Assembly: GCA_965221165.1 (NCBI GenBank)
Contig: CBDCRP010000003.1
Span: 32,001 to 96,000 of the forward strand
DNA: 64,000 bases
Source: a bacterium
Lineage (GTDB): Bacteria; UBA8248
Reading direction: 5' to 3'
The translations under genes and the position numbers were made by a program. The notes beneath the pieces were generated by a model. That model was given only the letters and a program-made list of their open reading frames with translations, searched no databases and had not been told where the DNA came from. The number at the start of each line of letters is the position of its first letter. Position 1 is the stretch's first letter. Of this stretch, positions 49,812-58,803 are shown piece by piece.

Positions 49812-49935
49812 GTGAAGATTGTTCTGTATTCCGACATCCACGCCCAGCTTGCGCCTCTGGATGCCTCACGGCGAGCGAATCGCCAAAATGGTGCGGACCG
49901 GAGAGTTCTGGAACCCGGCCCACATGCCGCATTAG
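49812..49935 (+). pseudogene. Internally deleted metallophosphoesterase remnant
   Basis: SD GGAG, GTG start, MKIVLYSDIHAQLAPLDA (DxH motif I); then in another frame MPHGERIAKMVRTGEFWNPAHMPH*. Confidence 0.55.
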
Positions 49936-49942
49936 GCGTCCC

Positions 49943-50693
49943 GTGCCCGTAACCGTTCATGGCGTGAAGCCCCGGGCGTGGGAGGAGCAGGTGAAATCCT
50001 TCGTCAGAAAGCGCTACGCGCATCTGGCGGAGGCGCGATGCGTTCCCCGAAGGCGGTGCGGACAGAGCGCGAGGAGCAGGCTATCCCGCCCGCTTTATCG
50101 ACGGACTTCCCGAACGCGTTTCGTCCTCTTATTGCGGCTGCGGGTACCTGCTCGAGGGAGTCGACCTCGCGGGCGTGCAAACGGCCGTCGAGTTGGGATG
50201 CGGCGCGGGATTAGACGCGCGTCTTCTGAGCGAGAAGCTGGAGGCGGGCGCCAGGCTGTTCGCGGTGGATTTGGCGCCCCAGATGCTTCATCGTACGCGC
50301 GAGGCGTTTGTGGGTCTCCATCAAGACGCGCGCGTGCATCTGCTGTCCGGGGACATGGAGAACATCCCCATTATGGACGGCGTCGCCGACGTTGTGCTCG
50401 CTAACGCCTCGCTCAACCTGACGGTGAACAAGAAAAAGGCGCTCGCCGAGGCGCGCCGCATATTGAAGCCGGGTGGCCGCCTCGTGGCCCGCGAATTGAT
50501 ACGTGAAGGCGAATTGCCCGGTGAGATCGCCCAGGACCCCCAGGCGTGGAACGCCTCGCTCGGCGGGGTCTGCGAACAGACCGAATGGGAGTCCCTGCTG
50601 GCGAGCGCCTGTTTTTGTGATATTGATGTTTCCGGCCACGCTCCGTTTCGTCCGGTGGTTTCGGTTCGGATCCATGCCCGAAAGGCCGCTTGA
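49943..50693 (+). CDS. ArsM-like SAM-dependent methyltransferase, frameshift near 50035
   Basis: VKSFVRKRYA then (other frame) GYPARFIDGLP...SYCGCG...VELGCGAGLD, GDMENIP, RILKPGGR. Confidence 0.75.
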
Positions 50694-51784
50694 GGAGAAG
50701 AAAATTGAATGAATCCGCCGCCGACGCGCTTACGCAAGAGGCCCTCTCGCACTGGTACGTCCGCCTTCTGGCGAACGGCATCTCCTACATCGACGCTTCG
50801 GAAGTCATACCCAAAGTAAGTTCCTGGCACGAATGGTGCCGCCTCTGGATGGAGCGCGCAGCCGTTCGCGAGCGGGAAGCCCGCGAGATGGAGAAGGCGG
50901 GCAGGATGTTGAGCGCCGCCGAGGCCTATGTGCGGGCTTCTCTCGCCTATCATTTCGCCCAGTTCGTCTACCATGAGGATCTCGAACTCAAGGCGGAGGC
51001 GCAAAAGAGAAAGGTGGCGGCCTACCTTCGCGCCGCGCCGCATCTGGACCCGCCGGCCGAGCGGGTGGAAATTCCCTGGGCCGGCGGAAGAATTCTGCCG
51101 GGCATCTTGCGAATTCCCGAGGGGGCGAAAGGGGAGGGCGGCGCGCCGTGCGTCGTCCTGGTATCGGGTCTCGATTCCACGAAAGAGGAATTTTATACGC
51201 TCGAAAAAGTCCTCCACGCTCGCGGCATGGCGACTTTCGCCTTCGACGGCCCCGCCCAGGGGGAAAACGCCGACATGCAGATGCGGCCTGATTTTGAGCG
51301 CGTGGTCTCGGTCGTTATGAATCATCTTGTGGAAGATGCGCGGCTGGACTCCTCCCGTATCGGGGCCCTGGGGGTGAGTCTGGGCGGCTACTATGCGCCG
51401 CGCAGCCTTGCGGGCGAGCCTCGCCTGAGGGCGGGAGTCGGCGTGTGCGGACCATACGACATGGTGGAGATATGGGAGGGTTTACCCGCATTGACCCGCC
51501 AGGGAGTCTGCGTCTCCTTTCAGACGGAGAACGAAGAACAGGGCGCACTCAAATCGCAGGAAATTTCCCTGGGCGGGTGTTTAAGCGGTCTGGATCGGCC
51601 CCTGCTGATCATTCACGGCGCGCGCGACAGGCTGTGCCCCGTGGAGCAGGCCCACAAGATAGCGGCGGAGGCGGGTGATGCGTGCGAACTCGTGGTGTAT
51701 CCAGAAGGCGCACACGTATGCAACAACATTCCCTTTTTATGGCGACCCCTCGCCGCCGACTGGCTTGCGGACAAACTGAAGTAA
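50690..51784 (+). CDS. Alpha/beta hydrolase (2,6-dihydroxy-pseudo-oxynicotine hydrolase-like)
   Basis: GLDSTKEE, FDGPAQGE, GVSLGG nucleophile elbow, HGARD, GAHVCNN. Confidence 0.85.
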   Translation: MRRRKLNESAADALTQEALSHWYVRLLANGISYIDASEVIPKVSSWHEWCRLWMERAAVREREAREMEKAGRMLSAAEAYVRASLAYHFAQFVYHEDLELKAEAQKRKVAAYLRAAPHLDPPAERVEIPWAGGRILPGILRIPEGAKGEGGAPCVVLVSGLDSTKEEFYTLEKVLHARGMATFAFDGPAQGENADMQMRPDFERVVSVVMNHLVEDARLDSSRIGALGVSLGGYYAPRSLAGEPRLRAGVGVCGPYDMVEIWEGLPALTRQGVCVSFQTENEEQGALKSQEISLGGCLSGLDRPLLIIHGARDRLCPVEQAHKIAAEAGDACELVVYPEGAHVCNNIPFLWRPLAADWLADKLK

Positions 51785-51822
51785 CTGAGCAGCAAAGATG
51801 AAGACGAATCCCTGATCGTCTC

Positions 51823-51850
51823 TTGACTCTTGATGCGAGTTGGGTAAACT
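51823..51850 (+). promoter_or_regulatory. sigma70 promoter of tRNA-Gly
   Basis: TTGACT-N16-TAAACT, 13 nt before the tRNA. Confidence 0.65.
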
Positions 51851-51863
51851 TTTTGCGCTGTAT

Positions 51864-51938
51864 GCGGGAATAGCTCAGTGGTAGAGCACAACGTTGCCAA
51901 CGTTGGGGTCGCGGGTTCAAATCCCGTTTCCCGCTCCA
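51864..51938 (+). tRNA. tRNA-Gly(GCC)
   Basis: GCGGGAA/TTCCCGC acceptor stem, anticodon stem CAACG/CGTTG with loop TTGCCAA, GGTTCAAATCC T-arm, encoded CCA. Confidence 0.97.
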
Positions 51939-51952
51939 TTTATCCATGACAA

Positions 51953-51982
51953 AGCGGGGAGCGCGGGCATGCGTTCCCCGCT
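51953..51982. terminator. Hairpin terminator between tRNA-Gly and the convergent gene
   Basis: AGCGGGGAGCGC...GCGTTCCCCGCT. Confidence 0.65.
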
Positions 51983-52610
51983 ATTTCATGGGCGAATAAT
52001 CCACCGGATACCAGATCTCGGAAGTCTCGCTCCGCAAGTAGGGTTTGTAGCCGCTCTCCCAACCTGGGAGATTCGCGGCGTCTCTTTGCACCTCGGCCCA
52101 GTGGTTCAAATCCCGATAAGGCCAGATGTGCAGAAACTCGTTCAGGATGCCGGACTCAAACTCTCCCGCCGGGTTGGCGAACGCCGCCGCCAGGGGTGAG
52201 AGGCGCTCCCTTTCGGGAAGATTCTTCTCCCACGCCGCGCTGATGGCGCGCATCTTGCCCGTGAGCATCACGTCGCTCCTGATCTCGTACACACCGCCCA
52301 TTTCGCCCGCCCGCGGTTTAGGACAAAACGGCGCGGCCCGCATGATCCTTGTTTGCTGGTGGAGGATTTTGTCCACCCTGAGCGGCGGCCACCACGGCTG
52401 GGCGAGGGCTTCGGCGCGCGCTTGTTCGCGGTGGGCGGAGTTCTCATACTCCCAAATGTGCAGAATCCTGTTCAGCCCACCAATGGCGGAGATGAAAAAA
52501 CCGACGAGCGGGGATATGGCGGCTCTTTTCTCGATGATCCTGCCGAAATCCTCCACGCCCTCGGTGGCGTCGCCTGCCGTGAACGTGTACGCGCGAACTT
52601 CATAGATCAT
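51981..52610 (-). CDS. NIPSNAP family protein (two domains)
   Basis: MIYEVRAYT...LNRILHIWEY and VYEIRS...LNEFLHIWPY repeats; SD GGAG. Confidence 0.85.
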   Translation of the reverse strand: MIYEVRAYTFTAGDATEGVEDFGRIIEKRAAISPLVGFFISAIGGLNRILHIWEYENSAHREQARAEALAQPWWPPLRVDKILHQQTRIMRAAPFCPKPRAGEMGGVYEIRSDVMLTGKMRAISAAWEKNLPERERLSPLAAAFANPAGEFESGILNEFLHIWPYRDLNHWAEVQRDAANLPGWESGYKPYLRSETSEIWYPVDYSPMK

Positions 52611-52761
52611 GGGATATGGGCTCTCCATAAAATGGATACCGAAAAACATCGTCAAACCGCTGGAGTCAATATAATCTGCCTTACAAACCATCTATAATAC
52701 AATGAATGAACAGTATCTATTTCTTCATTGATGGATATATCTGCGTAAATGGAGGCTGAAT

Positions 52762-53481
52762 ATGGACAGGGCGGTATGGGCGATCATCTACGATCTGCCC
52801 GAGGAGGGACGGGATGAATACATGGAGTGGTACCACGGAGTCCACATCCCAGAAAAACTTGCTCGCCCGGGCTACACCTGGGCGGCGCACTATGAGGTGA
52901 AGCATCCGGGGGAGAGGTTCGAGAAAATAGCGGCGCGCCTGAACCGCACCGACGATCCTGCCCTTGCATCAGGCGCAGGATTCATCGCGCTGTTCGGCGG
53001 GGAATCCACCCGGGTCTTCTACGATCCCAGTCCTGCGCAGCTAAAAGAACGCCAAAACGCGGAAACCCGTAAAATGACGGGGATGCGGATTCAGGCGAGG
53101 GGACTCATCCTTTGCGAGGAATGGCGGATCGACGGCCCGGACGCAGGAAAGAGGGAAGCGCCCGACGTCATGGCGCCCGCGATTCAGATGGGCCGCTACG
53201 AAGCGCTGGGCAACGATGAGGATCTGGAGGCGTTTTACGCCCAGGAGCGCATGGCGGGAGTCGCGGATACGCCCGGCTGCATCGGCGCAAGAAAATACCT
53301 GGTGGCGACTGGTTCGCCCAAACATTCCGTGCTGTATGAGTTCACATCGCTCGAAGCGCGCGCGGAGAACTACATCGCGCTCGAGGAGACCGAATGGACG
53401 AAGCGCGTGCATGGATACCTCGTGCATCCCCCCGGCTCGCCTCTGGCGGCAAGCCGCATCTGGCCGCAGCAGAACGGGTAG
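52762..53481 (+). CDS. Hypothetical protein with two EthD/DUF4286-like alpha-beta barrel domains
   Basis: EWYHGVHIPEKLARPG and FYAQERMAGVADTPG repeats; SD GGAGG. Confidence 0.6.
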   Translation: MDRAVWAIIYDLPEEGRDEYMEWYHGVHIPEKLARPGYTWAAHYEVKHPGERFEKIAARLNRTDDPALASGAGFIALFGGESTRVFYDPSPAQLKERQNAETRKMTGMRIQARGLILCEEWRIDGPDAGKREAPDVMAPAIQMGRYEALGNDEDLEAFYAQERMAGVADTPGCIGARKYLVATGSPKHSVLYEFTSLEARAENYIALEETEWTKRVHGYLVHPPGSPLAASRIWPQQNG

Positions 53482-53593
53482 GGCCACTTGCGCAAACCCG
53501 ATGAAATTTGCCCGTCATCCCGGCTGGGGAATAGGGTGTTTCTCAAAATCGCCACCCCTTCCTTTTCGATCAGGCTTGATAATTGCCTTTGAT

Positions 53594-53724
53594 CGTCTTT
53601 CCGGCGCATGCCGGAATCCAGGGAATTTGCATTTTGCCTCTATGCCTACCGATCACATGGAAATGTAAGGCCGCAACGTCTTCCATCTTCTCGGTTCTGG
53701 ATTCCGGCATGCGCCGGAATGACG
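53594..53724. repeat. CGTC-type REP doublet (REPIN/MITE-like): 28-bp inverted repeats around a 75-bp spacer
   Basis: 53594-53621 CGTCTTTCCGGCGCATGCCGGAATCCAG vs the reverse complement of 53697-53724 (1 mismatch); each arm is internally palindromic. Confidence 0.85.
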
Positions 53725-53836
53725 GAGCTTTTTGTGGGGTCCCGCTATGCAGATAGGATACCCGCCCTAGCCTATGCGGCTTTTTCGTCCATCTTCCGCT
53801 ATAATGCTCGAAATCACCATTATGAGGATTGCGCTC

Positions 53837-54682
53837 ATGATGCAAAAACCGGCAATGATTTTTCTCCTCCTCGCATTTGGCTTGTCCCTGGTGTTTGCTG
53901 AAGCCGGACACGCCGATTCACGAATAAAGATGGGCAAGGGCAAATACGCGAGCATGGCGCTCATCCCCGCCGGACCGTTCACGATGGGCAGGAACGATGG
54001 TCCTTACGAGGAAAAACCCGCGCACCGCGTGTTTCTGCCTGCTTATTACATCGACCGGAATCTGGTGACCTGGGCGGATTATCTCCCCTTCATTCAAGAG
54101 AGGGGCCCGGAGGGACCGAAAGGGGAGATGTACCTGGATACCGACGACCCGGACGCCAAAATCATTCCCAAAAGAGACGCCTGGGTCATCGAGAAAGGTT
54201 TTGAAAAATTCCCGGCAAGCGAGATGGCCTGGAGCGGGGCTTTAGCCTATTGCCGCTGGAAGAGGAAGAAGCTGCCAACCGAAGCGCAATGGGAAAAGGC
54301 GGCGCGCGGAGGCGACGGACGCCTCTACCCGTGGGGCAACCAGAAGCCGTCGGGAGAATACCTGCTCCTTGGGGATTTCAGGGGCCAGACGGTAGTTGTG
54401 GGCAGCTACCCCAAGGGCGCGAGCCCATACGGGGTGAACGACATGGCGGGGCAGGTGTGGGAGTGGACGGCCTCTCTGGCGATGCATTACCCCTACAAGC
54501 CCAAAGACGGACGCGAGAGTTTGGGCGCGGTGGATGCGCGCGTGATCCGGGGCGGCAACTCGGCGAGTGCGCCGGACGGCATGACGGCCACGAGCCGGGA
54601 AGTCGTAATGCCCGGCAGACAGGCGACGGGGCACGGCTACATCGGCTTTCGGTGCGCCGCCCAGCCGCCTCATTCGACTTGA
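53837..54682 (+). CDS. Secreted FGE-sulfatase (SUMF1) domain protein
   Basis: Signal peptide, IPAGPFTMG, LPTEAQWEKAARG, YPWG, DMAGQVWEW, GFRCA. Confidence 0.88.
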   Translation: MMQKPAMIFLLLAFGLSLVFAEAGHADSRIKMGKGKYASMALIPAGPFTMGRNDGPYEEKPAHRVFLPAYYIDRNLVTWADYLPFIQERGPEGPKGEMYLDTDDPDAKIIPKRDAWVIEKGFEKFPASEMAWSGALAYCRWKRKKLPTEAQWEKAARGGDGRLYPWGNQKPSGEYLLLGDFRGQTVVVGSYPKGASPYGVNDMAGQVWEWTASLAMHYPYKPKDGRESLGAVDARVIRGGNSASAPDGMTATSREVVMPGRQATGHGYIGFRCAAQPPHST

Positions 54683-54750
54683 TGGATGGGAATAGTGTTT
54701 TTATTCCCTAAAGAGGGGTGTGTGGTACTCTCTTTCAGGAAATGACGGCC

Positions 54751-54972
54751 TCACCACAGCGCGCGGGTGAGGTCGCTCAGGGAGCATTTCTGGCGGCCGG
54801 CGGCATCGAAATTATCAGGCTCAAGCCAGCGTGCGTGGGCTTCCCGTACGGCGGGCCATTCCTCTTGCGTGATGGAGAACCAGGCGGTGTCCCGGCTGCG
54901 TCCTTTGACGATCACGTGGTTCAGGAAAATTCCCTCGTAGCGAAAGCACAGACTCAGAGCCGCGGCGTGCGA
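54751..54972 (-). pseudogene. Diverged 3' fragment duplicate of the GNAT gene at 56249..56980
   Basis: FRYEGIFLNHVIVKGRSRDTAWFS...SLSDLTRALW* nearly identical to the C-terminus of the intact gene; similarity ends near 54972. Confidence 0.85.
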
Positions 54973-55234
54973 CAAACCGTTTTCGACTGGCCGAAAATAA
55001 ATCTGAACCAAACCACAGACCTCGAAACCCAATCACCCCATCAACAACCCACATGAAACCGGTCGGTTTTTCAGCACCCTGGAAAGATATGTGGATTATT
55101 TCGACTTTAATGGTGAAGGGGCGAAGATGAACATTTTCATTGCCGCTTCGAGTACGAGAGTGCTAAGTTGGATCGTACGGGGAAGATGATAGAATGCCAG
55201 GAAGTACATTATGGTTTTAGCCAGAGGACCCTTC

Positions 55235-56227
55235 ATGAAATCCATTCCTATGCTGCTCGTTCTGTCGTTTCTACTGACCGCCTGCATGGGAAGCGGCGGC
55301 GGCTCGCCCGCCGGGGTCCCTATCATGTTCGAGAGGAATTCCGAGTTCGACGGCGAGAGCCTGCGGTTTTTCGTGACGCTGGACGACGGAACCGAGGCTT
55401 CCGTCAACACGACCGACGATGTCATCGGGACGGCGCCCGGCGCAACGCCCATACCTGGCCATCAGGCGCTTACCTGGACGTTCCTGAAGATTTCGGATGA
55501 CGCCACATCGGTAGCCCACAGCCTGGTGAGTTGGGACCCGGACGACCCGGCGGACTACCTCGTGGCCGGCTGGTGGGCGGAGTTCCCCGACCAGAAGCCG
55601 CCGCTTTCGTTCAAGGGATCGGTGCGGTACGCGATTATCGACGGCCCGGAGATCAACCATGACGTCGCGCCGCAACTGCCGGTCGACGGGACGGCCACTT
55701 ACGCGGGTCCGGCCGGGGGGCTCTACACATACGAGGCCGGGAGCGACTGGGGGGAGAATGAGGGCGAATTCGTGCTCGAGGAGTACCAGGGGGCGATCAC
55801 CCTCATCGCGGACTTCGAAGACGGCACTCTGAAAGGCTGCATCGGGTGCGTGGGCGATCTCGTCACGCAGCGCGGGCATTTCGGCGTTTTCCTAGGCCAA
55901 GAGGTGAGCGACGTGCAGGGCATCGCCAAGGATTACGAGATCCACCTCGCCACGGCGATAATCAGAGAGGACGGCACGTTCGATCGCGACAGGGTGACGG
56001 TGAAACACCCGGAGCGGACCGTCACGCTATCGGAGGGATTCTGGGGCGGTTCCCTTTCCAGCCGCCAGGACACGGACGGGAACCCCCGGCTGGTGGCGGG
56101 CTTCAGCCGCGCTGTTTTCGAGGAGAGCGACGGCAGCGCGGGCGCGTTCGTCGGATCGTTCGTGGGCATTAGCGAGACCTTCCGGAATAACGGGGTGTCT
56201 CGTTATCCTCCCCGTGATGGCAACTGA
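55235..56227 (+). CDS. Lipoprotein, possibly TbpB-like beta-barrel surface protein
   Basis: Lipobox LLTAC-MGSGGGS; acidic, beta-rich; GTATYAG, ADFEDG, FWGG, FVGSF resemble TbpB barrel strands. Confidence 0.6.
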   Translation: MKSIPMLLVLSFLLTACMGSGGGSPAGVPIMFERNSEFDGESLRFFVTLDDGTEASVNTTDDVIGTAPGATPIPGHQALTWTFLKISDDATSVAHSLVSWDPDDPADYLVAGWWAEFPDQKPPLSFKGSVRYAIIDGPEINHDVAPQLPVDGTATYAGPAGGLYTYEAGSDWGENEGEFVLEEYQGAITLIADFEDGTLKGCIGCVGDLVTQRGHFGVFLGQEVSDVQGIAKDYEIHLATAIIREDGTFDRDRVTVKHPERTVTLSEGFWGGSLSSRQDTDGNPRLVAGFSRAVFEESDGSAGAFVGSFVGISETFRNNGVSRYPPRDGN

Positions 56228-56248
56228 TCGATTGCAAAACGCCCGTTT

Positions 56249-56980
56249 TCACCAAAGCGCGCGGGTGAGGTCGCTCAGGGAGCATTTCTGGCGGCCTTCG
56301 GGGTCGAAATTATCCGGCGCGAGCCAGCGTGCGTGGGCATCGCGGACGGCGGGCCATTCCTCCTGCGTGAGGGAGAACCAGGCGGTGTCCCGGCTGCGTC
56401 CCTTGACAATCGTGTGGTTCAGGAAAATTCCCTCATAGCGAAAGCCAAGGCGCAGGGCCGCGCTGCGCGAGGCTGCGTTCAAGGCGTTGCATTTCCACTC
56501 CAGGCGGCGATAGCCGAGGGTTTCCAGGACGTGGCGCATCTTGAGCGAGAGCACCTCGGTGGCTTGCACATTGCGCTGCCAGGCGCGACCGAACCAGATG
56601 TGGCCGATTTCTGCGACGCCCACGGCGGGCCTGATTTCCATAAAACCGCCCATCCCGCCGAGGCGGCCGGTATCACTATCGCGGTAAACGGTGAAAACCG
56701 GGTCTTGAGACGCCTGGCGTTCGACCAGCCAGGCATGTACTTCGGCCTCATTGGAGAAGGGACCGTAGCCAAGATAATCAAATATCCGCTCGGGCTCCTC
56801 GCCTCCGGTCGCGGCCCTGAAGATATCGGCTGAGTCGCGCTCCGCCACGACCGGCTCCAGAGAGGTTCTGGGACCCGAGAGCGCGACGCCCTCGAAGCCC
56901 TCCCAGCGGCGTGGCGCGACTTGGGCGTTGCCTATCGGGCGTCTGTTCGCCGCGCTCGCCAACTCCTTTTCCGTCGCCAT
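56249..56980 (-). CDS. GNAT family N-acetyltransferase (RimJ/RimL-like)
   Basis: EIGHIWF, LGYRRLEWKCNALNAASRSAALRLGFRYEG, KGRSRDTAWFS. Confidence 0.92.
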   Translation of the reverse strand: MATEKELASAANRRPIGNAQVAPRRWEGFEGVALSGPRTSLEPVVAERDSADIFRAATGGEEPERIFDYLGYGPFSNEAEVHAWLVERQASQDPVFTVYRDSDTGRLGGMGGFMEIRPAVGVAEIGHIWFGRAWQRNVQATEVLSLKMRHVLETLGYRRLEWKCNALNAASRSAALRLGFRYEGIFLNHTIVKGRSRDTAWFSLTQEEWPAVRDAHARWLAPDNFDPEGRQKCSLSDLTRALW

Positions 56981-56999
56981 GAAAAGCCCTTTTCCATTT

Positions 57000-57050
57000 C
57001 TGAAAAATTCGATAAATATCGATAAATTCACGGGGTAAAACGATAAATTA
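57000..57050. promoter_or_regulatory. Operator-like element with phased CGATAAA repeats (copy 2)
   Basis: CTGAAAAATTCGATAAATATCGATAAA identical to 27743-27769; third CGATAAATTA at 57041. Confidence 0.6.
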
Positions 57051-57102
57051 AAACGGCCGCATATACTTAAAGTAATAGGTTAACGATATCTTGTAATATC
57101 CT

Positions 57103-57606
57103 CTAAAAGCCTTTATTCAGCGCGAGACCAAAGAAAATAGCGAACAGGGCGAGCACCGCATTCCCGAGGTTCACGCGCTCGAGCGTCTTGAGGAGTTTCA
57201 TGCGCTCATCCGTCGTATCGCCAATGGGGCGCCCGTTTCCGGCGGGGCCAGTCCCACGCGTCAGTCTTAAACCCACGGCGAAAAACTGAAAGCTGATTCC
57301 CATCATCATCAGGAAGACCGTGAGCAGCTTCAGGCCCAAAGGCACGAAGAGTTTGCCGAAAGAAGGGCCCATCGCCATCTTGAGGCCCGTGAGATACCAG
57401 GCGCCCGTCATGATGAGCACACCCATGCATATCAGAATAAAGGGATGATAAAAGCGCAGTATGGAGGTGACTTCGCCCGCAAATTCTTCAGGAGACAGCC
57501 TGCGCCTCAAATGTCCCATGAGGATCCAGAAAAAAACGAGCGCGCCCTCATACAGACAGGCCGCCAATATATGGACGTAAAGTAGCCAGAAATTACTGTT
57601 CGTCAT
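57103..57606 (-). CDS. Four-TM membrane protein (CopD-like)
   Basis: HILAA in TM1, LIMTG, KLL motifs. Confidence 0.6.
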   Translation of the reverse strand: MTNSNFWLLYVHILAACLYEGALVFFWILMGHLRRRLSPEEFAGEVTSILRFYHPFILICMGVLIMTGAWYLTGLKMAMGPSFGKLFVPLGLKLLTVFLMMMGISFQFFAVGLRLTRGTGPAGNGRPIGDTTDERMKLLKTLERVNLGNAVLALFAIFFGLALNKGF

Positions 57607-57634
57607 TCGTATCTTCTAGGAGGAAATGTTTTGT

Positions 57635-57670
57635 AAAAAACACCCCCCGGAGCCTGCGCCCCGGAGGGTG
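57635..57670 (-). terminator. Intrinsic terminator after the nitrilase gene
   Basis: CACCCTCCGG...CCGGGGGGTG followed by TTTTTT on the minus strand. Confidence 0.75.
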
Positions 57671-57677
57671 CTTGTGA

Positions 57678-58535
57678 TTAACCGGCTGCGCCTTCTTTAG
57701 GGAAGAATTTGTCATATAACTCAGGCCTCTGCCACTGGGTCAGCACGCCGGCCTTCGCTCCGTTCTGGCCCGATGAGGTCACCTCGTCTCGTTGTTCGCG
57801 AAGCTCGCGGATTCTCTCCAGATCCACGTCGACCATGAACATGCCGGCCCGCGTGCTCTCGAATACGATCTCCTCGGGCGTCGCCACCATCGCCAGGCCG
57901 CGATGACTCTTTTCAAAAAGGTTCTGTGTGGTGATGACAATCGCCAGGTTTTCTATCGCGCGCGACCAGATGAGGTTCCGCCAGGTGCCCCACAGCTTCT
58001 TCTTGTCCACACCTGCGGGCAGGAAGATGATTTCGGCTCCCCTGAGCGAAAGGGCACGCGTCACTTCGGGCATGTAGACTTCGCTGCACATCGCCATGCC
58101 GACCTGGCCATACTGGGTCTCGAAAACGGGATATTCGTTTCCAGCGACGTACTGAAATTCCCAGATGCCGCCGCCTGTGTAAATCCAGGGGCCCGGGGGA
58201 TGGGTTCTGCGGTAGCGGCCCGAGGGACCGCCGGCGGGCCGAGCGAGATTCAGCAGGTTGTGCGCCGTTTTCTTCTCGTCATCCAGCGGCTCGAGCGTTC
58301 CGTATTGGACATATACGCCGCAGCGATTGGCCACTTCCTCCATCGCCTCGGTCGGGTCGAACGTGGCCGGCATGCGCCAGGGACCCGGATACGATTCGGG
58401 GAAGGCGACAAAATCGGCTCCCTGCGCGGCGGCGTCTTCCACATACCGGACGGCGTCGGCCACGTTTTTCTCATCTTCGGGCGGGGGATATCCCATTGGT
58501 TGCACAAGCGCCAGCCTGAAATTATCGGTGCCCAT
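57678..58535 (-). CDS. Carbon-nitrogen hydrolase (nitrilase superfamily)
   Basis: FPE, YRRTH, MCSE, GAEIIFLP, RAIEN. Confidence 0.88.
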   Translation of the reverse strand: MGTDNFRLALVQPMGYPPPEDEKNVADAVRYVEDAAAQGADFVAFPESYPGPWRMPATFDPTEAMEEVANRCGVYVQYGTLEPLDDEKKTAHNLLNLARPAGGPSGRYRRTHPPGPWIYTGGGIWEFQYVAGNEYPVFETQYGQVGMAMCSEVYMPEVTRALSLRGAEIIFLPAGVDKKKLWGTWRNLIWSRAIENLAIVITTQNLFEKSHRGLAMVATPEEIVFESTRAGMFMVDVDLERIRELREQRDEVTSSGQNGAKAGVLTQWQRPELYDKFFPKEGAAG

Positions 58536-58569
58536 CTCGGCCCCTCCTTACATGAAAGGATGTTCGGCT

Positions 58570-58755
58570 TTATTTGTCTGCGTAAAGCGTTCCACCAGCC
58601 GCCCATGAGTCCGTTCCGATATCCTGAAATATGACCGTGATGACGTCTTTGGGGGCGCCTGAGTGCTTGTGAACCGTCTCGGTAATTTCATCCGCCATCG
58701 CGCTTTTCGTCTCTTTCGATCTTCCAGACAGCAGGCTTACTTGAACAACGGGCAT
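58570..58755 (-). CDS. 4-oxalocrotonate tautomerase family protein
   Basis: N-terminal Pro (MPVVQV), GRS.E.K, WAAGG; SD AAGGAGG. Confidence 0.88.
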   Translation of the reverse strand: MPVVQVSLLSGRSKETKSAMADEITETVHKHSGAPKDVITVIFQDIGTDSWAAGGTLYADK

Positions 58756-58803
58756 TGGAATACCTCCTTTGGAATGTGAACTCGACTCGTCGGGTATGAA
58801 CTC

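Noticed and set aside
51864-56227. Genomic island integrated at tRNA-Gly
   Set aside because: No integrase and no duplicated tRNA 3' end seen in the window.
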